Of a stretch of DNA of 64,000 nucleotides, positions 20,601 through 29,184 are shown piece after piece; position 1 is the first letter of the stretch; the number at the start of each line of letters is the position of its first letter. The stretch comes from Vicinamibacteria bacterium (lineage in GTDB: Bacteria > Acidobacteriota > Vicinamibacteria > Marinacidobacterales > Marinacidobacteraceae): contig OY729431.1 of assembly GCA_963422395.1 (NCBI GenBank), forward strand, positions 2,720,001-2,784,000. The letters are read 5' to 3'. The translations under genes were made by a program, and so were the position numbers. The notes beneath the pieces are model-generated. The model saw nothing but the letters and a program-made list of their open reading frames with translations. It was not told the origin of the DNA and made no database searches.

Positions 20601-23600
20601 ACCGATCGCGAATCTCACCGAATCGCCAAAATTCGGAGTCCGACAACCGGCGGCCGATCTCGGCGAGGTCCGGTTCGTGCTTCTCCCGCTCGTCGGCGGA
20701 CACGCTGCCCAGCATGAGGCCCTGCTCGACCCGATCCGCGAGTAGTTCGCGCTTCTTCCGAAGCGCGTCCCTCTTTCGCGCGCGCATCTCTCCGAGCTCC
20801 CGGCGAAGCTCGCCGCTCTCGTCGTCTCCGACCCAGTCGAGGATCCGATGCGCCATCTCCAGGTTGCCCTGGTCGAGGTGATGGCGAATCGCTTCGAACT
20901 CGTTCAGGGAGGGCTCGCCGAGCAACGATTCGAGCACTTCCCGAGGCTCACCGACCGGTCCGCCGCCGCTGTCCAAGAGAATTCGGGAACGGAAGAAGCC
21001 GGATGCCAGCAACTCTTCCGGATCGGTTTCCGTCTTCGGACCCGCAACCGGACCCCCCGGATCGAGGAGTGCCCGGAGGCGCTCGATGGCGTGGGCTGCC
21101 ATTCCGGCGCCGGCCGACGGCCAGCCGAGGCCCCCTTCGCAGGTCGCCCCGAGCTCGCGCAGTGCCGCTGCGGCGGAGTCCTCCAGATCGCGGCGCAATT
21201 CCGAGAACACCCTCACGCGGTAATCGGGGCGGCCGACGGAAGGCGCTGCGAGATCCAGATGCCTCTGGACCAGGTCGGCGGCTTTCCCGGCTTCTTCGAC
21301 GAGCTTCTCGAACGCCCGCGTGTGGATGCGCTCCGCGGATCGGCGGGGCCCCCGGATCTCTCGATCCGTTCGGTGGATCAGCTCCTTCAGCTTCCTGGGA
21401 TCCCTCCACGCGGCGACGGCGGTGCGGACCGCCGCTTCGTCGCTTTCTTCGCTCCGCCCGGTTGCGGCCTGCGACAGGATGCGTTCGATGATGCGCCCGA
21501 TCGCACCTTCGGGATCGAGCCAGCGCATCCGAACCGCCGAGGCAGGCTGAAAGAGAAGGGTCCGGCGGGGAGCGTTCGTGCGCCATTCCCGGATTTCCTG
21601 GGTGCACTGCTCGCGCGCGGCGGCCCGTTCCGTATCGGATCGCATGGCCCTCAGCAGGGCTGGATCCGTCCGTGCGTGCTGCACCTTCGCCGCATGCGCG
21701 GCGATGCGCTGCGAGAGTGAATGCAGCTCGGAGAACCGACGGGTATGCGGGAGGTTGGCCAGGATCGCAATCGCCCCGGTGTCGGGGGCGAAGAGCGCCG
21801 GGGGCAGCGAGGCGGCGAACGCCGCTGCTGCGTAGAAGGAGCGCTCCGCGTCAGGCCACTCCGGATCGTGCCGAGGAAAACTTCGGAAGAGCTCGGAGAG
21901 GCGCGACGCGAGCGCCTCGGACCCGCCCTCGATCAGCAGCCGATCGGCGAGCGCCGCCGCCTCGAGCAGGCGGGCGCGGTGCTCTCCTCGACTGGGCGCC
22001 GCGCTCGCGAGCAAGCGGACCGCCTGGAACGCGAAGGGGAGGCGCGGCGGCTTTTCGAGCAGCGCGGCGCAGATCTGCTCCTCCGCCCGGGAGGGCGATG
22101 GATCGGGAAGGGAATCTGTCGGCTCCGGCGAATCTTGCGACTCCGGAGGCTCTGGAAGCTCCTCGGGAGGAGAAGGGGAAACCGTTCGAGCGGATGCCGG
22201 TTGCACATCCTCGCGATCCCGGGCGCCGTCCAACCGACCATCCAACCGGTCGTCGGTCTCGGACGGTGGGGATTCCGGTAGGGGTTGCGCCGAGGTTTCG
22301 CCGGCCGTATCCCGCTCCGGCTCTCGCGGGGCGTCTTCTCGAAGTTCCTCACCACCGCTGCTTTCGTTCGCTGCGGCCTCCCCGGGCTCTCCACCGGACT
22401 CCCCGCCGGCATCTCGGTCGGCATCTCGGTCGGCATCTCGGTCGACTGGGATATCCCCATTCGGCTCGGAGCCGCGCTCGTCACTGTCTCCCGAGGGGGA
22501 TGGCTCACCACCGCCCGACGCAGTTCCACTGGTCCGCGGGGGGGAAGGAGAATCCGGGGACGGGGGCGGTTCCTCGGCGGCATCGAAAGCCTCTCCGAGC
22601 GGGGAAAGCGCCCCGAGGAAGGCGTATTGCACAGTGCGGAGTCTCGCGAGGCAAGCACGCTCCTCCGCCTGGAGTGCCTCGAGGGAGGCGTCCCATGCCG
22701 GCAACGCCAGGAAACCGTCCGGGCGTTCCGCCCGCTTCGCCGCGATCCGCTGCCCTGAACCCTCGTACTCTTTCGCCGCGCGATGGACCTGTTCCCGCGC
22801 TTCGAGCACGGCGGGGAAGAATCGAGCCCGCTCCGCCTCCAGTTGGGCGAGAGCCAGGGACCCGGCGCGAGCGCTCCAGCGGGTCTCCAGCCGCTGACGG
22901 ATGTCCGCGTTCAGCCAGGCGAAGCTCCCATCCGCCTGGAGCTCGTCCAGAGTGCGCCGAACCACCGACAAAAGCCCTTCTAAAGCCGCAGCAGAGAGTT
23001 CGGCAGAGAGTTCGGCCTGGACCGCGGGTGCGGCCTTCCGCAGCTCATCGACGGTCTCGGTGATTTCGTCGAGGATTTCGTCGAGACCGGCCGGGTCGGG
23101 AGGAGGGCCGGCGGCAGCCTCCCCGAGCTCCGCCAGCGCCCGGCAGAGGGCGGTCCACCGCTCGACGGCGCCCGGTTCTTCTTCGCCGGCATCTTCTCCG
23201 TAGGACTCTTCCTCTCCCTCGGCTGTCGGTTCGGCGGCTCCCGCCGCAGCTCGGTCGTTCGGCAGGAGCCCGCGGAACTGGTCCCGGAGATCGGGAGCGA
23301 TCCGGACGGCTTCGGCGAAGACTCCCGGATCGTTCCGCAGGGTGGCGACCGCGAAGGTTCGCAGCACCGAGCGCTCGCGGGCCGCCTCGTCGAGCGAATC
23401 CCAGCGGGCGAGGGATTCCCGCGTCCCGGACCAGGCCCTTTCGGCGATCCGTTGCGTCTTCTCCGTCTTCGCCCGTTCGCCCGAGGACTCCGAAGCCCGG
23501 TTCGGGGAGGCCCCGGGTTCCGGCTCCAAGAAGTCGGCGAGCACCTCTGCTTCGAACGACGGAACTGCGCCCGGACCGTGCAGCAAACGGTTCTCCCACA

Positions 23601-23877
23601 CCGCTCGTCGGAACCCTGGATCCGCGTAGCGCCACTGGACCAGCCGGCGGTCGAGGGCACCGGGTGGCGGCGACGGCTCGCGGGCCTTGAATTCCGCCTC
23701 GATCCGGCTTCGCGCCTCCCGCGGAATGCGGCTCACGACGCGCAGTCGGGCCTGCCGGTTCAAGCCGAGGATTCGGTTGAGAAGGTCGGGGTCCTCACCC
23801 AACAGGCGGGGCAGGCCCCGAGGCAAATCGGGCATCTTCTCGTCCACCGCACGGATGGTACCGGCGTATGGTGACAA
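17605..23877 (-). CDS. Very large (2090 aa) STAND-type P-loop NTPase of unknown function
   Basis: PY...PPEMFYGR, Walker A GGRQLGKT (19645-19668), Walker B LLLLDEAD, TNYYPGLIQ, winged-helix-like LDEMVGLGVL. Uninterrupted ORF. Confidence 0.8.
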   Translation of the reverse strand: MSPYAGTIRAVDEKMPDLPRGLPRLLGEDPDLLNRILGLNRQARLRVVSRIPREARSRIEAEFKAREPSPPPGALDRRLVQWRYADPGFRRAVWENRLLHGPGAVPSFEAEVLADFLEPEPGASPNRASESSGERAKTEKTQRIAERAWSGTRESLARWDSLDEAARERSVLRTFAVATLRNDPGVFAEAVRIAPDLRDQFRGLLPNDRAAAGAAEPTAEGEEESYGEDAGEEEPGAVERWTALCRALAELGEAAAGPPPDPAGLDEILDEITETVDELRKAAPAVQAELSAELSAAALEGLLSVVRRTLDELQADGSFAWLNADIRQRLETRWSARAGSLALAQLEAERARFFPAVLEAREQVHRAAKEYEGSGQRIAAKRAERPDGFLALPAWDASLEALQAEERACLARLRTVQYAFLGALSPLGEAFDAAEEPPPSPDSPSPPRTSGTASGGGEPSPSGDSDERGSEPNGDIPVDRDADRDADRDAGGESGGEPGEAAANESSGGEELREDAPREPERDTAGETSAQPLPESPPSETDDRLDGRLDGARDREDVQPASARTVSPSPPEELPEPPESQDSPEPTDSLPDPSPSRAEEQICAALLEKPPRLPFAFQAVRLLASAAPSRGEHRARLLEAAALADRLLIEGGSEALASRLSELFRSFPRHDPEWPDAERSFYAAAAFAASLPPALFAPDTGAIAILANLPHTRRFSELHSLSQRIAAHAAKVQHARTDPALLRAMRSDTERAAAREQCTQEIREWRTNAPRRTLLFQPASAVRMRWLDPEGAIGRIIERILSQAATGRSEESDEAAVRTAVAAWRDPRKLKELIHRTDREIRGPRRSAERIHTRAFEKLVEEAGKAADLVQRHLDLAAPSVGRPDYRVRVFSELRRDLEDSAAAALRELGATCEGGLGWPSAGAGMAAHAIERLRALLDPGGPVAGPKTETDPEELLASGFFRSRILLDSGGGPVGEPREVLESLLGEPSLNEFEAIRHHLDQGNLEMAHRILDWVGDDESGELRRELGEMRARKRDALRKKRELLADRVEQGLMLGSVSADEREKHEPDLAEIGRRLSDSEFWRFGEIRDRLESIESELDRITGRHLEQAKRDFDELDLPPDSPQTLAIGRAIEQHDIVTANELVQQVRDNPRFAVPEARGRVVFDEFFPVGAKAIAEELEASHPRAVLESIRQGKKGFGKLTGERRQSAARMLEAWLGLKDRSSLGRDGARQIEQLFSEIGFRGAEVRSFEKDAAMLYTAPLEGKEQSPVPACGSAANGRYRVICRWNRPPVADLIADARGRGGPPPIVLYLGRLSARQRTELAVASRECAATLLILDETLLVFLCGERGSRLPVLFHCALPFTHVQPYVTTGGLVPPEMFYGRVGEREAVIDPYGPCFLYGGRQLGKTAILRAVEADAHRPQQGRHVFFVDLKAYGIGAHRDTAYIWPVIWRTLRDGGAIPEDVREPPTAGGRGRIQAFLDALIRHFAPDTERTLLLLLDEADRFLEVDSREQQAGVAATGYRESILMKKLMDDTRRSIKIVFAGLHNVLRTVELANHPLGQFGKPIQVGPLLRNGGMRAAQELLTRPLLAVGYRFRSPDLVTRILAQTNYYPGLIQAYGAELIGTMRSKPRSEPPLHVVDEEILDETYRTGGMRDFIRGRFHLTLDLDKRYEVIAYTIAYRCTLHEEALVHGVSRTEIYREANEWWPKGFAESSPRRFESLLDEMVGLGVLRKVESEGEAEPEGYSLRNPNVLLLMGTKEQIEEKLLEEREPPREFERATFRARRKPDEPEDPSRSPLSFQQEGQLFAEKNGVVLLSGVPAAGFHQVIDVLNGFRGRGKNEIVPIEGTLDRGSFLAELREAVDRQQDGVGVYAVPAEASWAREWQEWIRAAQSYLGRLSKEHRQVRVLFLAEGCSLYSSTLDPAALDSDNRLDLLFLEPWRDGYLRQWMEDVGISDSAGLRGEILEKTGGWPRYVLRFHWLMKKNEGSAEAGLEALESELSDGSRLEEHHRQLCLDDWAMRAVLRPLAAYGGLRRDEVVEEAVEAGIDREEVVRRLSWAERLGLVRSRDVWSIDPVAARLVGEREA
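22408..22445. repeat. 12-bp tandem repeat x3 (GGCATCTCGGTC) encoding DRDA repeats in the acidic linker of the NTPase
   Basis: Read directly from the sequence. Confidence 0.7.
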
Positions 23878-23906
23878 AATCCGGCACGACCGCGGCTATC
23901 CGCAGA

Positions 23907-26348
23907 TCATCCAGGATCGGTCGGGGGGCCGGCCTCGTCCGCCTTCCCGTCCAGATGCCGGTCGAAGAAGGCCGTCATCCGCCGGTAGCTGTCACGGCGG
24001 GTGGGGATTTCGTCCCAGCCGTGGTCTTCGACGGGATAGACGACGAGGTCGAAGTCCTTCTGTTTCTCGATGAGGATCTGGGCGAGACGGAAGGAGTCCT
24101 GGATCTGGACATTGCCATCCACCAGACCGTGCTGGATCTGGAGGGCGTCTCGGAGCCCGTCTGCGTAATAGACCGGACTCGAGATCCGGTAGGCCTCTTC
24201 ATCGTCGAGCTGGCTGCCGTTCAGGATCCGGCTGGTGTATCCCTGGTTGTAGTGGGCCCAGTCGGTAACCGGGTAGAGCGCGACCCCGGCGGCGTAACGG
24301 CCGGGGTGCCTGAAGAGCGACATGAGGGTGAAGAAGCCGCCGTACGAACCTCCGTACACCCCGACTCGCTCGCGGGCGACCCCGTGATCCGAGACCAGCA
24401 GGTCGAGGAGAGGCAGGGCGCTGTCGATGTCGGAGACTCCCATCTGCCGGTAGGCGTAGGTGCGGTTCCGGTGGCCGTACCCCGAACTTCCCCGGTAATC
24501 CACGGAAGCCGCAGCGTAGCCGCGCTGGATCAGATAGTTCGCATAGACGATGCTGCCGAGGCGCGCCCAGCCCTTGACCACTGCCTGCGCGCATTCGCCG
24601 CAGCCGTGCGCATAGACCACTGCGGGGATTTCCCCGGGAGTCCTCCCCGAGGGCGGATCCCAGATCCGGGCCCAAGCGGTGTTGCCGTCGGGCAGGTCGT
24701 ATTCGACGATCTCGCTCTTCGCCCAGGCGGTCCGGTAGAAAGCGTCGGTGCCGCTCTTCGTGATCCTCACCGGCTCGGAGCCCGATGCTGTGTCCATCAG
24801 GAAGAGATCGCCGAATTCGGTCAGCGACTGCCGGACGACCGCGACCCGGCCGCCGTCCGGGGAAACCGCCCACGAATGCATCCCCTCGCCCCAGGTGATC
24901 CGTTCGAGCTCGCCGCCGCGCACCGGCAGCCGGTAGAGGTGCTCTTCTCCGGGATGCTCGCGGCTGGTGGTGACGAGGAAGGAGTCCCCGCCGGGGGCGA
25001 GTTCGGCGCGGCGCACCTCGAAGGCACCTTCGGTCGAGGCCGCGACCTCGCCGTCGAGGTTCGCGAGCAGCAGCATGGCAAAGCCGCTGGCGGTGGACCC
25101 GAACGCGAACGCCTGGCTGTCGGGGAGCCATTCGACGAAGCCCGGCGACCAGCGGCCGATCACCAGCGGACCGCCGATCCAGGCTTCCTCGCGCTGGTGA
25201 TCGAGGTGGCGGAGGGTGCCGGTTTCCAGGTCGAGCAGGGAGATCCAGCGCTGCTTGTGGTCCATGGAGAGCACCTGGACCACCCCGTGTTCGCCGTCCG
25301 GACTCCACACCGGGCCGTGCATCACGGTGTCTTCGTCCACCCCATCCTCGACCCAGCGGATCTCGATGTCCTCGGGACGCACCGAGGGGTCCACCGCCAC
25401 GATCCCCATCCTCCAGGAGGGAAGCGCCTCCCCCACCTTCGGGCGGGCCGACTCGTCCGTCGCCTGCCCGCTTTCATTCACGAACTCCATGAAATGAGTG
25501 CGGTTCGGCTCCTCCGGCCCCTTCCTGGCCCGAAAGACGACGAAACGGCCGTCGGGGGAGAGACGGAGGTCCACGGCGCGCTCTCCCTTCGGCATCGGAA
25601 TCGCCTGCGGCAGCGAGGTCCGGCGCGCCCGGCGCAGATCGGCGAGCCGCTCTTCGTGCTCTTTCCGCTCACGCACCACGCCCACCAGTTCGTTCTGCTG
25701 CGCCTCGAGCCATGCATCCTGTTCGCTCGGGTCTTCCTCGGCGGCGGTGACGACCGCGGCCTGCCGGAGAAGCCCGGCCCCGATGTCGTATTCCCAGAGA
25801 TCTCCGTTTTCCGGAGAGTTCGCGGAAAGCCCCTGGGTGGCGAAGAGAACGGCACTGCCGTCGGGGCGCAGGCGCAGGGAGCCGATCCCGCCGGCGCCCG
25901 AATAGACAGGCCGTGAACCCTCTCCGCGGGTCCAAACGAAGAGCGTCCCCTCCCGGCTCCATGCGGAAGTGCCGCCAGCCAGGGAGCGGACCCGATCGGC
26001 GCCGGGCACGAGGCGGATCTCGGCTTCGGTCAGCTCGCGGAGGCCCAGCCCCTCCCGGTCCACCGCGAACCACGGATCATCCTCCGGAAGCTGGCCGGGC
26101 GCCGGATCCTCGCGCCAACGGAAGTAGAGCACCTCGCCGGAGTCAGCCCAGCGCAGCTCCCGCGGGGGAAGTCCGAAGACCCGGTTCCCGCCCGCCAGAT
26201 GATCCAGGGTGAGTCGAAAGTCGGGATCAGCAGCCGCCGAGGTCAGCTCGGACTGGGAGCGGAGCTGGCCGAACACCGGCGCCGCCCCCAGGAAGAACAG
26301 CAGCGCTGCCCCCAGCAGAGCTGCATCGGTCTGGTGGAGTCGCCGCAT
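23907..26348 (-). CDS. S9 family peptidase (dipeptidyl aminopeptidase/acylaminoacyl peptidase), secreted
   Basis: Beta-propeller repeats, DYRGSSGYG, nucleophile elbow GGSYGG, HGLVDGNV, C-terminal catalytic His (EDHG). Confidence 0.92.
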   Translation of the reverse strand: MRRLHQTDAALLGAALLFFLGAAPVFGQLRSQSELTSAAADPDFRLTLDHLAGGNRVFGLPPRELRWADSGEVLYFRWREDPAPGQLPEDDPWFAVDREGLGLRELTEAEIRLVPGADRVRSLAGGTSAWSREGTLFVWTRGEGSRPVYSGAGGIGSLRLRPDGSAVLFATQGLSANSPENGDLWEYDIGAGLLRQAAVVTAAEEDPSEQDAWLEAQQNELVGVVRERKEHEERLADLRRARRTSLPQAIPMPKGERAVDLRLSPDGRFVVFRARKGPEEPNRTHFMEFVNESGQATDESARPKVGEALPSWRMGIVAVDPSVRPEDIEIRWVEDGVDEDTVMHGPVWSPDGEHGVVQVLSMDHKQRWISLLDLETGTLRHLDHQREEAWIGGPLVIGRWSPGFVEWLPDSQAFAFGSTASGFAMLLLANLDGEVAASTEGAFEVRRAELAPGGDSFLVTTSREHPGEEHLYRLPVRGGELERITWGEGMHSWAVSPDGGRVAVVRQSLTEFGDLFLMDTASGSEPVRITKSGTDAFYRTAWAKSEIVEYDLPDGNTAWARIWDPPSGRTPGEIPAVVYAHGCGECAQAVVKGWARLGSIVYANYLIQRGYAAASVDYRGSSGYGHRNRTYAYRQMGVSDIDSALPLLDLLVSDHGVARERVGVYGGSYGGFFTLMSLFRHPGRYAAGVALYPVTDWAHYNQGYTSRILNGSQLDDEEAYRISSPVYYADGLRDALQIQHGLVDGNVQIQDSFRLAQILIEKQKDFDLVVYPVEDHGWDEIPTRRDSYRRMTAFFDRHLDGKADEAGPPTDPG

Positions 26349-26366
26349 ATCGGGCCCCCTTCAGGC

Positions 26367-27689
26367 TCAGCGGATCAGCAGGATCCGATCGTTCGCTGGA
26401 TAGAGCCACTCCACCCCCCGCTCGGTGACGATGGCGTCGTCCTCCAATGGAATGCGCACTTTCGCCCCCCCGAATTCCTCCGCCTTCGTATAGGCGAACA
26501 GCTCGATGGAGAACATGTTGGAGGGCACGATCTCGTATTCGAGGCGGGTCGGATTGAACCAGGCGATCGAAGGGCCGATGCCGTGGCCGAGGTTGCCTAC
26601 CGAGTGGCAGCCGATCGCGATGTCGGTGGTCTCCTCCATAGTGGGCTGGTTGAATTCGATCATCTGGAATCCGGCCTCGGTGAGCGCTTCGCCGAGCCGT
26701 TCGAGCATCGCTCCTGCCGTCGGCCCCGGCCTTATGGTGCGCCGGATCACTTCGCGTGCGGCGCGGCCCCGGTCGAAGGCGTTCTGGATCCCCGGTGGAG
26801 CGGCGACCTCCCCCTCCCGCAGCACATAGGCGATCCGCTTCATGTCGGTATAGAAGTTCAGATAGCCCACCCCCCAATCGATCATCAGCAGATCGCCGCG
26901 CTGGATGATCCGTTCGTTCGAGGTGGCCTCGATACCGCCGGGGCCGGTGATGTAGATGGACGGCATCCCGAACGAAGTGTCGAGTCCGTTCTCCAGCAGT
27001 TGCTGTTCGATCCACCACGCTGCATCTTCGAGCGCGGTCACTCCGGGAGTGATGACTTCGTTGGAGAAGGCGCGCTCGGCGATCTTCCTCGACCATTCGC
27101 CGGCTTCACCGAAAGCGACGATCTCGCTCGCCACCCGGCGGGAACGAAAATCGGAAATCAATTTTTCCGCAGAAACCAGCCGGTCCCGGTAGGGCTCGCC
27201 CAGGGTCTCCCGCAAGTGGAGCCAACTCGTATGGGAGAGCCCGTCCGCGGCGCCGATGCTGCGCGACATGTTGACGCCGATCGCCTGCGGGTCGCGTTCC
27301 CGCACGAATTCGGCGAGATCGACATTACCGGACACCTCGTCGTACACCCCGCACCGTTCCAGTTTGTATCCCGAGACGCCGATGGCCACCCGCTCGATCC
27401 GGTCTCCGCCGCGGTCCGTGAAGATGTAGTAACCGGTGCTGCCGATGTAGCCCCGGCCGAGGTCCTCCCAGAGCGGATCGCGGAGCCCCTCCTTCATGAC
27501 CGTGATCCACATGTCCACACCGTTCCCGCGCATCGCCTCGGGCAGTACGAGATCGAATTTGTCGGCGCGGATCTGACACATGCGCTCCCAGCGAATGCGG
27601 GCCTCGGTCTTCGCCCCGGCAGCCGCCGGGAGGAGAGTCAGAGCGAGAAGGGCGCCCGCAGCCGAACGGCGATGGATGACGAAACTCAT
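26367..27689 (-). CDS. M24 family metallopeptidase (Xaa-Pro aminopeptidase-like), secreted
   Basis: GDLLMIDWG...YTDMKR, GHGIG, SIE and LEDD metal ligands. Signal peptide from ATG 27689. Confidence 0.87.
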   Translation of the reverse strand: MSFVIHRRSAAGALLALTLLPAAAGAKTEARIRWERMCQIRADKFDLVLPEAMRGNGVDMWITVMKEGLRDPLWEDLGRGYIGSTGYYIFTDRGGDRIERVAIGVSGYKLERCGVYDEVSGNVDLAEFVRERDPQAIGVNMSRSIGAADGLSHTSWLHLRETLGEPYRDRLVSAEKLISDFRSRRVASEIVAFGEAGEWSRKIAERAFSNEVITPGVTALEDAAWWIEQQLLENGLDTSFGMPSIYITGPGGIEATSNERIIQRGDLLMIDWGVGYLNFYTDMKRIAYVLREGEVAAPPGIQNAFDRGRAAREVIRRTIRPGPTAGAMLERLGEALTEAGFQMIEFNQPTMEETTDIAIGCHSVGNLGHGIGPSIAWFNPTRLEYEIVPSNMFSIELFAYTKAEEFGGAKVRIPLEDDAIVTERGVEWLYPANDRILLIR

Positions 27690-27876
27690 GGCTTTCCTCC
27701 CGGAATCAGCAATCTGCAGGACGATGTCACGCATGCCCTCGTCGGCTCGGCACCGGTTCTCCGGGCGGGAACACCGGTGATCTCTCCACTCCCTCCAGAA
27801 AGGCGCGAATGATCCGTCCACCGCCGAGCGGCGGAGAATCTCGGTAGGGGATTCCGCAGAGATACCGTAGGGAGTC

Positions 27877-28257
27877 TCAGTCGCCTCCCGGCATGTCCGA
27901 GCGGTACGGGCTTCCTTCGTTTCCGGAAACCTCACCGGCGGTCGGTTTCTCGTCCGGAAGTTCCGAGTCCTGGTCGAGGGTTTCCGGTTCGGCGAACATC
28001 TCCTCGAAGGTCGCCCGCGCCAGCTCATTGGCCGCGCGCTGCTCCTCGGTCAGCTCCTCGCTGTCGTCGGAGAGGATTTCCGCCGCTTCCTTCGGGTCGT
28101 ACACCTCGATTTTGCCGGCCCGCAGCTCGGCAAGCGCGATCGCGGTCGATCGGCGGCAGCTGGTCTCGACCTTCGGCGCCGCACCGAGGATCAGTTGGCG
28201 CACCCTCTGGGCCACGGCATTCGCCTGCAGGAATTGGCTGGCATCCTCGATTTTCAC
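27877..28257 (-). CDS. rpoZ: RNA polymerase omega subunit with acidic C-terminal tail
   Basis: F....VAQRVRQL..GA.P.V...IALAEL..GKI pattern, GAGAGGA RBS. Confidence 0.78.
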   Translation of the reverse strand: MKIEDASQFLQANAVAQRVRQLILGAAPKVETSCRRSTAIALAELRAGKIEVYDPKEAAEILSDDSEELTEEQRAANELARATFEEMFAEPETLDQDSELPDEKPTAGEVSGNEGSPYRSDMPGGD

Positions 28258-28426
28258 GATCTTCCTCTCGCTCCCATCACCACCGGACCGGGAATCCTAG
28301 CAGCCTGTGGACGAAGTCCCCCGGCCGTCCCGGGTAGCGGGCGGCCCCCGGTCAGGGAGACCCTCTCAGTCTCCGGCGTGTTCGCGGAGCCCCGCATGGA
28401 ACACCCGACCAAAGGCCGGCGATGCA

Positions 28427-29041
28427 TCACGGGGAATCTGCTTCTGCCAACGGGGGAGCGCCGCCTCTCGGTTCGGCAAGGAGTTCGCGGAAAATGCCGA
28501 GGGATTCCGGAGCCGCCCAGTCACGGGCCCCGACGATGTGCGAGGCGAGGCGGCCGTCGCGCCGGATGATCCAGGTCTCGGGGAACTGGAAGACCTCGTA
28601 GCGTCGCGAAACCCGCTTCCCCAGATCGTGGAGAACCAGGAAACGGAGTTCGTGCTCGGCGACGAACGGAGCGATGTCTGCGTAGCGCTCGTCCACCGAC
28701 ACCCCGACGACGACCAGCCCCTCGTCCCCCAGGATGTCTTCGAGCCGCTGGAGCGACGGCATTTCCTCCACGCAGGGCGGACACCAGGTGGCCCAGAAAT
28801 TCAGCACCACCACCCGGCCGGCGAAGCTCTCCAGCCGATGGAGGCGGTTTTCGAGATCCCGCAGTTCGAATGACGGCGCCTTCGCCCCGAGCGCCGGAGG
28901 GTCCGGTCTGCCGTGGCAACCGGGCCCGGCGAACGAGAGGAGCGCGAGGATCGCCGCAACCCACACGGGGTGCGGAACCGCACAAGCGCGTTGCGAGCCG
29001 GGAGAACGCACCGCCGCCGGTTTCCGGGATTCCTCCCGCAT
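28427..29041 (-). CDS. TlpA/ResA family thiol-disulfide oxidoreductase
   Basis: VLNFWATWCPPCVEEMP motif and cis-Pro region FPET. Start uncertain. Confidence 0.9.
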   Translation of the reverse strand: MREESRKPAAVRSPGSQRACAVPHPVWVAAILALLSFAGPGCHGRPDPPALGAKAPSFELRDLENRLHRLESFAGRVVVLNFWATWCPPCVEEMPSLQRLEDILGDEGLVVVGVSVDERYADIAPFVAEHELRFLVLHDLGKRVSRRYEVFQFPETWIIRRDGRLASHIVGARDWAAPESLGIFRELLAEPRGGAPPLAEADSP

Positions 29042-29184
29042 TCCCCCATCGGCGCCCGGACCGAAGAACAACGAGCCGTCCATCGCGTTTCGCAGTGTAA
29101 CGGCGCTGCCCTCAGCAGCCTGTGTGCAAAACCGGACCACTTCATCCACAGGCGGTTACGCGAGAATACGCCGCCCCTCGATCG

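Noticed and set aside
17578-20745. Plus-strand ORFs 17578-18486 and 18793-20745 as possible partners of the NTPase
   Set aside because: They lie antisense within the NTPase gene and show no recognisable motifs.
23868-27812. Long plus-strand ORFs (682 aa and 537 aa)
   Set aside because: Antisense shadows of the S9 and M24 peptidases.
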